This document shows positions 1-12,438 of a stretch of 64,000 nt of DNA, piece by piece (the stretch's first letter is position 1; each line of letters opens with the position of its first letter). Origin of the DNA: the human T2T-CHM13v2.0 reference genome, Homo sapiens. The notes beneath the pieces were generated by a model. It was not told the DNA's origin. It saw only the letters and a program-made list of their open reading frames with translations, and ran no database searches. The DNA lies in the NCBI RefSeq assembly GCF_009914755.1, contig NC_060926.1. The stretch is one strand, 5' to 3'. A program made the position numbers and the translations under genes.

Positions 1-24
1 GGCCCCAGGTTGGGGGCGGGGCGG

Positions 25-280
25 CCTTCACTGAGTCCTGAGGGTCAGGAAGGAACATGTCTCATAGATGGGAGGGAGTGTCTCCAGGCAGAGGAAACAG
101 TGAGAATCCCAACAGTAGGCAAAAGAGGAGTGCTCAGTTCAGGGAACTTGGGGGAGTCCAGTAGGTTGGCGCACAGAAAGGGAAGGGCGAGCCAGGAGAT
201 GTGAGACCAGAGACAGGGGTAGGGCCACAGGTGGACTACAGAGGTCAACGTTTCTTCTAAATCTGAGGGCATGGAGGTAG
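25..280 (-). mobile_element. L2 LINE fragment (old, degraded)
   Basis: Purine-rich stretch with antisense-L2-type motifs (CCAGGCAGAGGAAACAG, TTCAGGGAAC); boundaries approximate. Confidence 0.5.
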
Positions 281-315
281 CAGCATGGCCTGCTCTGAGT
301 CATAAGTTAGAGCCA

Positions 316-513
316 CCCTGTCCCATGTGATACCCATTAGGCATATGTGACTATTTAAATACTTAAAATTCAATAAAACTGAAATGCAGCTCCACAGTTG
401 TACTAGCCATATCTCAAGTGCCCAATAGCCACATGTGGCTGGTAGCTGTCATATTGGATGGTGGAAGTGTGGAACATTTCCGTCATCCCAGAAAGTTCTA
501 CTGAACAGCGCTG
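316..513 (-). mobile_element. MER3 (hAT-Charlie MITE)
   Basis: Internal palindrome TAGCCACATGTGGCT and end CAGAAAGTTCTACTGAACAGCGCTG match the recalled MER3 consensus in reverse. Confidence 0.85.
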
Positions 514-1791
514 CTCTGGAACAGCTCTTCCACCTCCATGGAAAAGAAACAGAGTTGGAGTCAAGGAGGCTGGTACAGAGGAGAAAATGCTCCTAGACTG
601 GGACCGATGTAGAGAACTGAGTGGAATCAGATAGGAGAGATACATAAGGGTAGAAGAAACAAGACTCAGTTACCAATTGGCTGGGGTGCCAGGGTGGGCA
701 AAGAAGCCGGGGAAGACAAAAACAAAGACCTGTTTTCTGGCATGGTTAGCTGGGAGTGAGGGGCAGTCACTCACAGTGGGAGAAAAGAAAAGGGAAGAAA
801 GAGTGAGTCTAGGAGAGAAGGGTGTTCAGTGTGGGTGTGCTCAGCATGGGGTGCCTGCAGAACACCCACAGGCTGATGTTGTGTGGGTGCAGCTCAGCCT
901 GTAAGCTCTGGGATGGCCAGTGGCTGGGGGCTGTGAGGCTGAGCTGAGGGACTCTCAGGAGTGGTGTGAATGCAGGGGCTAGCACCACCATTAGCGTGCT
1001 GTTTAGTATACCCTGCCGCTTGTGCTCCGTGGCGACCAGGGGTGGCTGCGCTGCCAGATGGAGACACAGGTGTGGTGTTTGGGAAGTGGGGCTGGGTTCT
1101 TGGGGCTGCGGGTTCCAAACTGCGAAACTGCAAACTACAGACTTTATGCTGCGCGTGAAAGACTAAGGGGCAGGGAGAAAGGGGCTGCAGAATGGCAAAA
1201 TTGTCTCGTGAGGCCAAGGGATTGTGGCTTTGGCCTGTTATTCTGAGAGTTCAGACTGTAACCCAAGGCCGGAAGACGGCTGAAAGTCACGCCAGAGCCT
1301 CCTGTCTTCCCAGGGTGGAAACTGTGTTTCGAGTTGCCTGGCTAAATCCCCAAGAGGTGCTCTCTCGGGAAGCAGCTGGGAGAGGAGGACAGAGGGATGT
1401 GCAGACAGCAAGCAGGCAGCGCTGGGCACCGCTCAGGGTATAGAAGCCACCAAGCCCTAGACCCCGGCAACCTTGCAGGTGGCTCAGGAAGAAGGCTGGG
1501 CTTTGTCCCCACCTCGCAGCTCCCAGCACACTGGAGGGTGGCGGCACACAAGCGTGTTGTTCTCCAAAGCCACTGGGGCACTTCCTGTCAGTTCACATAA
1601 TTGAGTATTACAGTATTTAAATTGCAAATTGACGATTATTTTTACAGGTGTCATTTTAAATATAACACGAAATTTCTTGACATGACATCAGCCCTACCAC
1701 ACAAACAGCTGCACCAGGCCGCCTGCATGTGTGGGGCACATGGCTGGGCCAGTCATGTTACGACGTACACCACAGAAGTGCAGTGGGAGAG

Positions 1792-1793
<2 letters not shown>

Positions 1794-1826
<33 letters not shown>
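1794..1826. repeat. (TG)16 microsatellite followed by a degenerate TG-rich tail to about 1940
   Basis: Direct read. Confidence 0.95.
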
Positions 1827-1830
<4 letters not shown>

Positions 1831-2832
1831 GACATGGTGTGACAGTCAGTGTATAGATGTGTGTGGTTGGGAATGTGTATGTGTGGACCCATGTTTGTGT
1901 GTGATGGTGAACATGTATGTCTGTACAGATCCATGTGAATGAAGGTGGGAGGCATGGGGTATGTGGAGACATTGGGCCTAGTGTGCCGGAAACTGTGTGT
2001 CAGAGCACCCCGCTGGAGGCCCCAGCCCCACAGGAGATCATCGCTAGACAGGCGGAACCTGGCCTGTCTCTGTCTCTAGAGCTGACCATGAGGTTGCTGC
2101 AGGAAGTAGACAAGCTCTATTCTTAAGGTAGAGGGGCTGCCAGGGTGGCCCAAGGTGGTGCTGCAGTGCCCTCCAGTGGACAGTGCCCCCGCCCCAACCC
2201 CCAGCCAGACCCACAAGTGGATTGAGAGCATGCAGCGTGTGCCTGACCCCGGGCCCACGTCCTCATCACTCACCCACCTGAGTGGTACCGAAGAGCCTGC
2301 CCTGAGGCTCCCCCAGCTCACAAAGGCAAAGACTTAGGGGAGCTTGGGTCAGGGCTGAAATTCACCACCCAGGGCCCTCCAGCCTTTACCCCAGCTGGGC
2401 CAGGCATGCCATGGCAATGCCCCCACCTCCAAGGTTGGCCACGGGTGAGCCTCTTCCAGGAAGTTTCCCGAGTCCCCAGGCGAGAGGAACTCCCTTCCCT
2501 CGCAGCCCTTCCTCAGGGTACAACTGGGTCTCCAAGGGGCTACAGTGCCCCTTGAGTCCCTCTAGAAGCCTCAGAAAACAAGGCCTGGGCCTGGCATGGC
2601 ACCTGCTACCTGCACTGAGCAGAACACAGAGCAAGACAAAGAGAAGACGCTCTACAAAACAGCAAGTGTTCATTTACTGTTTCATGTAACTAACTGTGAG
2701 GTTTTTAGAGACAGAGACAGAGACAGAGAAGGGAGAAGGGGCAAACGACGCAGGCTCTGACCTTCACCTAGCCCTGTACTTAAGCAGTACTTAAGCAGGG
2801 AGTGTGAGCACTGTACTTAAGCAGGGAGTGGG

Positions 2833-2872
2833 TGACTCAAATGTAGCAACTGTGCTAGGCAGCTATTTTTAG
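2833..2872. promoter_or_regulatory. Candidate enhancer motifs: AP-1, E-box, MEF2
   Basis: TGACTCA 2833-2839, CAACTG 2847-2852, CTATTTTTAG 2863-2872 (perfect MEF2 consensus on the minus strand); motifs only, no activity data. Confidence 0.35.
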
Positions 2873-3780
2873 AGTGGAAAAAGGGATATCTCAGGGAGAG
2901 ACTTAAACCTAACAAAAGAAGAATTTTTCTGGGCTTCCACTCTAGCAAAATGTTATTCGTGGCACCAACAAGCACCCACCAGGCTGTCTGGCCACAGATG
3001 AAGAAGCAGCACAAAGCTGCATGGGCACTGGCCTGGCCTCAGCCTGGGCTCCCGAGGCCAGCAGTCACTGCCACTGGCCAATGCCCTGAGGGATGGGGCA
3101 TTGCAGAGGAAAGCAGGGGCATCCAACCACTGGGAGCCAGAGGGTTCTAGGAAGGCCAACCATGGCCCACCTTTGCCTTCAGAATCGCAGCCTACATTTG
3201 TATCAGCAATGAGCTCCGGGCTCTCTGGTATCACCCCCAGGGGTTTAACAGGCCAGGTCAGGCCTGCAAAGATCTACGACTGCCTGGAGCTGACCACCTT
3301 AACAACCTGCTCTCCAAAGGCCAGCCCACCCAGAGGCCCAGGCTTCTCACTGCCCTGCCCCCCTTCTTCCAGGCTTCACGGCATTGCCCTGCTGTGACAC
3401 CAACATCTCCAGCTCACTTTAGAGAAGAGAGGGAATCGAAAACATATGAGCCATGTGGAAGGGGCAAGGAGCCCACTGTTTTTGCAATGTGCCAAATCCA
3501 CACGACAGAGGGCGCAAGCCAGAGGGCTCCAAAGAGGACTTCCTGTAGGCTGCGACCAAAATGGGTGTGGCTGCTCAGCCCTGAGCCAGGTGACCTGCCT
3601 CTCCCAGGCAGGCCTGAGAGGTCTCTTTCCAGGTGCCGGGCCTGTCCACCTCGGTCCCCAGCAGCTCAGGGCTAGGTACTCCCATAGCACACTTCTCCCT
3701 CCTGTCTTCTTGCCCTCTCCCATGTCAGAGCCAGGGAAGAGAGGTCCAGGTGAGAGAGAGGGAGACACAGAGCTTCTCAC

Positions 3781-3976
3781 CATCAAGAATGAGCATGAAG
3801 AAAGACTTGCCCAAAACGTGGAACAACTTGGTGGCCACTGCCTGCCCTGACTCCCGGTCTACCACTGTTTTCCAGGCAGCCTCTGCCCAGTCTATGACCT
3901 TTTCCTCTGCCATTTTTGGCTGACATCTTTTCTGCTTCTCTACATTGCTGTCCTTTGTCTCCATCATTTACCAAGC
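3781..3976 (-). other. Candidate spliced exon (196 nt, probably non-coding)
   Basis: Minus-strand acceptor ttctcttgcacttcctag| and donor ATG|gtgaga; translation resembles no protein I recognise. Confidence 0.3.
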
Positions 3977-4289
3977 CTAGGAAGTGCAAGAGAATCTTTC
4001 ATGCTGCAAACACATTGCAGATGTTACAAATCGAGGTCCCAGCCTTAACTGTAGGCCCTAAACAAAGCTCTGATTCTTCTCCAGCATCTTCTCAACATGC
4101 ATCTCACTTCTCTGAGGAGCTTGCAAACAGCTACAAATGTGGCTGGCAACCTTATGCCAGTGGTGGCGGCTTTAGGAAAGGAGGTAGCGTCACAGCGGAC
4201 AGCAGGGTACATTCACAATCCAAGAAGACGGAAATCAAAATCAGTATCATTATCGTCATTGGCGGCGGCAGCATCTCTAATGGATATGA

Positions 4290-4415
4290 AATGCTGGCAA
4301 TGTCAAGCCCCGTACTAAGTACTTTACACAGATTACTTCATCGAACTTTTACAACAAACCTTCCCAGGGGCATGCAGTTGTTTTCCCGCTGAAAAAATAT
4401 AGAGGTCAAGGTTAT
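4290..4415 (-). mobile_element. MIR SINE fragment
   Basis: GTACTAAGTACTTTACA...CTTTTACAACAAACC...GAGGTCAAG resembles the antisense MIR core. Confidence 0.55.
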
Positions 4416-4478
4416 GCCATCTCCCCTGGGCCTCTCAGCCTTGCCTGCTCTCCAGTCCAACTCCTGCCTCTACCTGAT

Positions 4479-4750
4479 CTGCATTTTTGCAACTGTGGGA
4501 AGCACGTCAGTGGGTTTGTGAAATCAATGTAATGGGACACAACAAGCTTTACACAACATTCTTCTTTTAAATGGAAGAATGGAATATAATGTTCAGAGTG
4601 CATCGCTCATAGTAAAGGTAGGTATTGTTTCGTGAAACTTTTGTTTCAGTTATATGAATGTGTGTATATTCATTACACACAGGATGCAATAGAGCATGAT
4701 TTTAAATATATACCTTACTATGAGTCACAGTTAACAATCTCCAAACACTG
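4479..4750 (+). mobile_element. hAT-Charlie MITE, MER112-like
   Basis: CAGAGTGCATCGC...GTATTGTTTCGTGAAACTTTTGTTTCAGTTATA matches the recalled MER112 consensus; ends in CACTG. Confidence 0.7.
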
Positions 4751-5344
4751 TTATGTTGAACTCTCCGTCCACTGTCTCAGTCTTCCTGCGGGAATCTCTA
4801 TCCTGTTTTCGTTTCCCCACCTTCCATGCTACAGGGTCCCCTCACAACCCACAGGGTTCCCTGTGCCGTGGTTTGCTGAGGAGCAGCCCTTGGGCCCCAT
4901 GGACATTGGCAAGCCTGTCAGGGGGGCAGGCCAGCAGGCCAGGCTCATGGGGCAGAGTCCTGCCTCCTGCCTCCTGCTTCCTGCTTTAGCAAGGTGCTTC
5001 TGTCGGCCCTGCAGGACGGATGTTTCCCAAAAGAGGTTTAATGGCTCCTTCCTCCCTGAGCTGTCAGGTTAGTGCCTTTGTCTACAGAATTAGCACAGGT
5101 ACACCTGCAGGTTGGTGTCCTCATTAAACTATTTTCTGCATCTTGATTCCATAAGGATGACTCCAGGGGACATTTCAAAGAAGCAATTCATTTGCAGTGG
5201 CCTCTCCCAATTGGAAAGGGTGGTCCCAGTTTCATTGGCAGAAGCAGAGGGAGGCCTGGGTCTGTCTGAATTTTCTGTACCAGCCTCCTGCAGCTGGGCC
5301 AGCCCACACAGACGTGGAGAAGTCAGGATAGTGGGCCTTCTCAC

Positions 5345-5469
5345 CTTCTCCTCGCCATGCAGCTTCTCTCCTGTCCTTTGCCCTCTGACACTCTCCTGGC
5401 CACAGATAGGCCCAAAGCAGAAGTGTAAACTTCTCTTCTGGGCTGCTTCTGCCTTGTCAAAAATGCTGT
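5345..5469 (-). other. Candidate spliced exon (125 nt)
   Basis: Minus-strand acceptor gtctctcacag| and donor AAG|gtgaga. Confidence 0.3.
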
Positions 5470-6339
5470 CTGTGAGAGACTGCAGTCTCTAATGGTGGCA
5501 TTCTAGGTGGAGATGTTATTGGATGGAAGGTCCCTGAAACCACACCATGCCAACACCCACCTACTCCACTTCTGGGTACCCCCATCCCTGTCCTCTGTGC
5601 AGCTCTGGGCCCACCTTTCCTAGAGCAGCCTCCCAGGGCTACCAGTCCAAGGAAGGAAGGATTCCAGACACCCACCAAGCACTGGCTAGGGACCAGGCGG
5701 AGGAGTCAGAGAGACACAGTTGGTCAGCCGTTTACTTACTGTTCTCCTGGTGAGACAGGATCCCAAGAGGGACATTGATCAATGGCGAGTTGTGAATGCT
5801 AAGTGACAATGTAGAAGGTCTGAGTCAGGACCACCGGGATGCAGAGGAGAAGGAGGTCTGTGGGCCAGCAGGCTGTGGTAGTAGAGGAGTCCCAGAAACA
5901 GGGCTGGAACAAGATCTTAGAAAATAGATAAAGAGCTCACACAGAAGACAAGGGCAAAGACAGGTATCCCAGGCACGGAGGATGGCAGAAGTAAAGAGGA
6001 GGGAGATTAAAAAATACAGGGCACATTGAGGGAAAGTGAGTCTACTAACAAGCCAGAGCAGAGCCTGTTCACAGGGAGAAAGACATTTAGAGCAGAGCTT
6101 TCAACCAGTTGCAGATGGATACAAGTGCTCCAAGACTCAGATCCTCTAACCCTTGGTCTGAGGCACCTGTGGCAGCTGAGCCCTGGGTCAGTACTCAAGT
6201 GACATGGAGAGGGTCAGCAAGCCATGAATTAGAGCACAACATTGAGATCATGTACCATTCCTGAAAGCTGATCCTAAAATCAGTCTCTTTTACCCCCCTC
6301 TCTCCTTTCTACCCCTCTCTCCCCTCCTTCCCTCTCATA

Positions 6340-6690
6340 TCCAACAATATTTCCTGGGTACCCACCCCACTGGGTATTGTGCTGAATGGTGGGAATTCCA
6401 CAATGAAGCAGACAATATCCCTATACTCAAGGGTCACGGGGTCTAGTAAAGAAGACAAGCCAGCAAAAACTTCATTCAATAGCATGCACCTGGAGCTAGG
6501 ACTAAGGTCTGCATAGGGCATGCTAGGAGCTCAAAGGAAACATCTAACCTGGGACCCAAGGAAGATTTCCAAGAAAAGCTGACACCTGAGCTGAATATTC
6601 AAGGGCGGAGGGGAGTCAGCCACAGAAGGAAGCGGGGAAAAGGACATTCCAGGCCAAGGGAACAGCATGAGCAAAGGCGAGGTGGCTAGG
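6340..6690 (-). mobile_element. L2 3' fragment
   Basis: GGACATTCCAGGCCAAGGGAACAGCATGAGCAAAGGC is a typical antisense L2 motif. Confidence 0.65.
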
Positions 6691-9069
6691 GACCATACAT
6701 ACCCTAGCCATGGCAGGATCTACAAACACTCAGAGCCGCTAGAGTGATGCTAAGGCTGGGGCTACCCTGTGAAATAGGAGAAATACAGTGCTGGAAGGAC
6801 AGATCAGGGAGCAAAGGGGGCTATAGGAAGCCTTTCCCAGTGCCAGGTCTATTCCTCAGAAGGAGATAGACACACCGGCGCCCAAGGGAAGGTGGGCATC
6901 CCTTGATGGGGGGAGTGGCATTTTCTTTCCCCAAGTCTGAGGCTGCTGCTCTTGCTGCTGACACCCCCAGAAACTCCAGAGGGTGCAGCCCTCACTGAAG
7001 GGCCCACTCCAAATTGTGCTGAATATCCTCCAAAAGAAAACTTATTCTTAGTAAAGGCTTTCCCGTGACCTTTCTCGGAGAGGAAAACACACACACTCTT
7101 CACTATTGCTATTCCCCGCCAGCTTTCCAAAGAACTACTCCCACACTGGCCTCAGGAGGGGGAGAAACCCCAGGGACCAGGGTTAGGAGCAGTACTTCAG
7201 AAAGATTTCCAGGGAACAGAGAAGAGGATCTGATTAAAGTCCATCAACTATGAGGTTTTCTTCCAGGCAATTAAATTTAGCAAGAACATTCCAGTTCGTT
7301 CAGGTTGTTCCACTGACAGACACCTTTTTTTATAGGGAAAAAATAATCTTGGTAGTATGGTAAAAGATGATTAATTAAGACCACCACAAGGCATTTATTT
7401 GATTTGGGGTTTAGAAAAGCCCATCAATTTCACACAGCAAAAACCAATTTATCTGTACCTTTAATATCTAAGGTATCACTAAATCCATTATGTGGGAGAG
7501 GATCCTATTTTTTTGATAATGGCATAAAATATGGACAAAACATGAATAATTATGAAAAATAAAACAAGAACAGCACACACAAAAACAAAACTGTTAATAA
7601 CAACTCATCAGGGGAAGCAGATGGCTCAAAGGCTTGTGATGGCAAGCCCTGGGCTTCACCTTCTGGCTCCAGCAGGTGCCACAGCCAAGCAGACCTGATG
7701 ATGTTCACAGGGATCAGAGAGATCATCCCATACCCAGGCTCCAGAAGTCCAACTCATACGACATCTTATCCTGTGCACCTTCTCCTTTCCTACACCCATG
7801 TCCTGCTTTCCAGAGGGGCAGTAAATACTTTGAGAGCAGGGACCACATCTCATTCATGGCTCTGAAGATAATGAGTCAATATGTAGTTTCCAGCCATCTA
7901 GTCCTGAGCTGGAAACACAGAAATAAACATTCCACAGATGTGCTGATGAGCCCTGATTCTTCTGTCTGGCCTTCAGCCCGATGCCTAGGCTCCTTCCCTG
8001 TGCCAGCGTCCTGGTCCCTGTTAAGCCCAGTCACCTTTTCAGATAAGATGTTCTTGGAAGGGGATCAAGCAGCAGTTCCTGCACGTAGAAGGGGTTGGTA
8101 TCAGCTGGGAATCTGTAAGCCTCCTCTGTCTCACTTCCTCCATGAATCCTATGATCTGAGACCTCAGTTTTGTCCAGGATATTTCTGAAAGCTTAAATAG
8201 CTGCCACAAATTAGACCTACTACTTCCTACCTTTCATCATTTTTCTTCTTTCATTCCTTGCATGCCCATTTTTAAGCTTACTGTGGGATTAGTATAATGG
8301 AAACATGCCTCCTTCCTAGGTCTACCTCAGTAAGGAAGTAGACAAGAAATTGGAACCCCTGTTTCAAGTGGAGTCCCCTCGCTTATAAATCTAAGTAAAG
8401 TTGGTCTACATCCTTGATCCACAATTTGCAGAACATGCAATAGCCTCTGCTCCTACATGCAAAGTTCCTGTGTGTTCCAAGGAGAGCTCCCATCCTGATT
8501 TAGTGTATTCACCTGTGACGTCTTTCCCTTCTAGATTCTTCCCCTTTCTGCAATGTGTTATGGCTATTTACTTCCGCATGGAAGAAACCCAGACATGAAC
8601 CCACCTCACTTTCTGAATTTATACCACACACCCACACAAGTCCTTAGAGTATAGGATAAATTTTACTAGAGGTCTGGGTAGCTGACAGATGTTTATGCCT
8701 TAAAAATGCCTACAACTTTAATTAAACGTGAGTTATTCTGGTCTTGAAAATTCTTTGGCTAGCCTACCATTGGGCTCAACCATCCTCTCCATGTCCAATT
8801 CCCCTGATCTGTTCTCACTAACACCTATATTCCCATCTGGTCCTTATATGTAACAGCTTAGTCATCTCTTTTGTTTCCTCATTTCCTAGGAAACCAGGCC
8901 CCCAGAGTCTCACCTTCTAAACCAAGTGACTTATCAAGATGTTTTCCTAAATAAATTCAATTCTTTCTTCAAGAGAAATTCTGAACCCTCTATAAAGAAA
9001 AGAAAAATCTTCCACTGCACAAATAGGCCTTTTCTATGTACTATGATCGGTATGATCAGTACTTGCTGT

Positions 9070-9770
9070 GGGAATTTATTGAACACTATGGGAGCGTAGA
9101 GAAATCCAGGCCTGGACTGAGGGAGTCAGAAAAGATAGCCCAGAAGAAGCAATTCCTAACCTAGCACCTGAAAAAAAGGGTAGAGTTAGCCAATAGAAAA
9201 GAGAAAGAGAATCCAGAGGAAAGCACACACAAAGGCTAGAAGCAAGAGAGAGCCTGGTAGCACCCAGAATTACAAGAGGTTCACAGTGGCTGAGAGGGGC
9301 ACAGCAACCTGAGTGAGGGCATGATGACAGATACAACTGGCGAGGGGGTGGGGCCAGGCCACACCTCATAGATCAGGTTTGAACTTATTCCAGAAGGCAA
9401 TGGGGAACCTTCCAAAGGTTTAAGCAGGAAAGTAACATGGCCAGATTTGCACTTTAGAAAGATGACTCTGTGTGAAGGATGGAAAGTCAGTTATTAAGAG
9501 GCAAGACTAGAAGTAGAGACTGGTAGGAGGCTACCGCTGTGGCCCAGCATGAACAGAGGCCTGGACAAGGGAGGTTCCAGAGGGGAAGAAGAAATGGGCA
9601 CAGCTTGAAGAAAGATTACAGAGGAAGGAATTGCCATTCCATGGTGCTGGAGTGGAAATGGGGAAAGAGTCTTGGGCAACTCCAAGATCTCTGACTTGAC
9701 CAACGAGGTGGCAGACGGTGTTTTACTAAGATGAAGAATGCAAGAGAAGTGGGTGGGTTTGGGAAAGATC
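9070..9770 (-). mobile_element. L2 LINE fragment
   Basis: GGCAATGGGGAACC...TTTTAAGCAGGAAAGTAACATGGCCAGATTTGCACTTTAGAAAGATGACTCTG is typical of antisense L2. Confidence 0.75.
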
Positions 9771-11435
9771 TGCCACCTCTCTCCCTGCCCATAGTGCAAA
9801 GACAAATGTTTTCTCCACCCAGGAACTGCCCACTCTGGTGTGTCCTGCTCATTGCAGCCACCCCCTCAAAAATCACCTGACCAATGGGGACCCAAAGAGG
9901 CCACAGCTACATGATGTTCTCAAACACCATGGGAAACCAATAGAGGAATCTAACAGACATTGAGTGGGCCCACCCTGTACCCACACTGCTCAGGCTACCT
10001 TCTTCTGCCCCCATTCTGTGCCCTTCCCCAGATGGGAGTTCCAGGTCAGACCACAGCTGCCCAGGCTGGCCTCAGTCTGGATCTGCTGAGTTCTAAATCT
10101 GACACCACAGCTTCCTCCCAGTCTGGGAGAAGGCATCTTGGTTTTGTTCTCTTGCACATACATAGCCATTCTTCAAGTCCAGGAAAGCCAAACACAAAGG
10201 TAATATCACTTAGCCAGGCTGCAATTAGCAGATTAGCGGCTTGTTGCTCTTGTCTTATGTCCCACTCGATGACCTCACAAAAGCCCAGAGAGCCTCAACA
10301 CTGAGCTGCTCCAGGAAAGGGCCCATCGACTTCCCTGGCAAAAAAATCCCCCAGTCTGTCACCGTGAGTTTCCCCATTGTAGAGCTAAACTACAATTGAT
10401 GTTCTGTCTCTATCAATTTCTCAGGAATGCTGGGACACAAGCCCAGTATTAATGAAGACAGCAGAAAGGCAGGCATGCGCTTGGCCCCGTTCCAGAGCTG
10501 ACGGAGAGCGTGGATCCTGAATCATTCCGGGGACCCAGAGAAACCTGAATGAGGCAAAACAACCAGACTCTGGGGTCACACACAGGCTTGGTGGGGCAGA
10601 CAGATGCGAGAAGGCTTACGGGAGAATTTCTGCTGGGAAGAAATAGCCTCGAGATTATCCTTTTTTATGATCAGGTATTATTTTCACCATCCAAGAAAGG
10701 CAATTTTAGTTCAGCCTAAAAGGGCGTATCCATAGGTGTGTTCATCTGGTAGTACACAATCACACACCCAATCTCACACACAGAGCTTACACGTCACATT
10801 AGGGGACCGTGGTAAAGCTAGAACTAGCACTCAAGTAAGGAACTGAGGCTGTATCTGCATGTGTCTGACCAAATCCCTGAGCACCTCTCAGAATTGCCTC
10901 TCAAATCAGAAGCCCTCCCAGGTCACATGCAGAGGAAGCCTTGATTGATGTGGGAGGCCTCACTGGTATTAAATTAAAAGCCAGTAAAATGCTTGTCTTC
11001 ATCTCAGTTTGAAAAATGAATAGAAACTGGCCACTGGCTCCTGTTTCTCAGACAGTGTCATCTGGGGGCTTCTCATTTTGGAAACTTTTTTAATCACATA
11101 TAATTCCTTAATCCTTCCAAACTGACCTGCTCCTTAAAACTGGCTCCAGTGATGCTGAAACAATTTAGCTAAGCCATCAATCCCATCAAGCCAATTCACT
11201 GCCTCTAGGATGTGGATCTATACAGGATCTGGAGAACACAGCAGGCTCCATAGGCGCACAAAGTAGACCAAGGGTAACAGTGGGACAGCCACAATGTGAG
11301 ACATAATCATCCCTGACACAAATTTCATAAGAATCAAAATCAATCAGAAATGGAAGGCTCTGCCCGTAGGAACTCTATAAAAGAGAGCTAATATCATTAG
11401 GCATATGGTTGTTTTAACACTGTTCTGAGCAGGTT

Positions 11436-11526
11436 GGAGCTCCAGAACTGTGAGATAATGAATTTTGGTTATTCCAAGGCCCCCAGTTTGAGGTACCATC
11501 TTAAGGAAGCCCCAAGAACCTAATAC
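11436..11526 (+). mobile_element. MLT1 (MaLR) LTR 3' end
   Basis: CTCCAGAACTGTGAGATAAT...CCCAGTTTG...CTAATACA matches the MLT1 terminus. Confidence 0.7.
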
Positions 11527-12438
11527 AGTGGTATGTCCAAGAATAAGAGACTTGTATTTCGTTCACTTGTTTGATATCTGCTTTAGTATCAGGTTTGTTG
11601 ACCTGCCCCATTGTTACCTAAGCAAGGAGAAAGGAACCTGGGGAGAACTGCTGCGGTGGGAAAATGTGAGAAAAGAGGGACTAGAACTATCTTCCTGACT
11701 TTTCAGGTTCCAAGAGGTACAAAAGATGCTTGCCATTTGGCTGTAGAGAGCAGATGAGTTTGAGAACTGCTCAGTACAGGTGACAGAAAGACATACAATA
11801 AAGGGGGTGTAGCCTGATACCACCACATGGGAACAGGCAGAAGGGCTGGCCCAATCTCCAAGGAACCTCCAGTACCAGTGGGGTCTCAAGGGAAGGAGCC
11901 CTTGTCAGTAGGACACACTGGAGCTACCACACTTCCTCATGGAAACTGTAGTTATAGTTATAACTACAGAAGGGCAGTTATAGTCATCCTAGAAGAAGAC
12001 CACAACCTCATCCAGGGAAGGAGGATGCTTGCCCTCTTTAGGGTCTCTTCACTCCACCCTACCATACCTGAGGGACTAAATGCCACCATGCACGCTCACA
12101 CATGCACGTACACAAAGCACATTTTCTTTCAATGCCACCAGAGTAGAGAGCAAAGCTAGACATTGGTGGGTGGAGAGAAAAGGGCTGTGAATCAAATTGG
12201 AGAATAAATGGGTTAATTAGTTATTAGGAATAAGTCAAATCACCAAATAAGATAATTCTAGTAAACAAATGTAACTAAAAAATTATGGAATCTGGGCTAG
12301 ATATTGTTAAGGGAGCTACTAGGTAGTATGAATAGGAGATTTGGGATGGTTTCACTGAAAGTGATGATTGGAAAAAAATTAAAAATCATTATGATGGTAA
12401 ACCTCATCAAGCAGAGATTCTTTAATAAACCAGTTGCT
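11527..12438 (+). mobile_element. Ancient Gypsy-type LTR, LTR85-like
   Basis: 3' part TTATGGAATCTG...TTAAGGGA...TGATTGG...TTAATAAACCAGTTGC resembles the recalled LTR85 3' end; 5' boundary uncertain. Confidence 0.5.

Noticed and set aside
950-1450. CpG island / promoter
   Set aside because: GC-rich with some CpGs, but density by eye is below a typical island and no promoter architecture is evident
7669-7682. CTCF-like motif CCAGCAGGTGCCAC
   Set aside because: Mismatch at a high-information G of the core; not supportable without ChIP data
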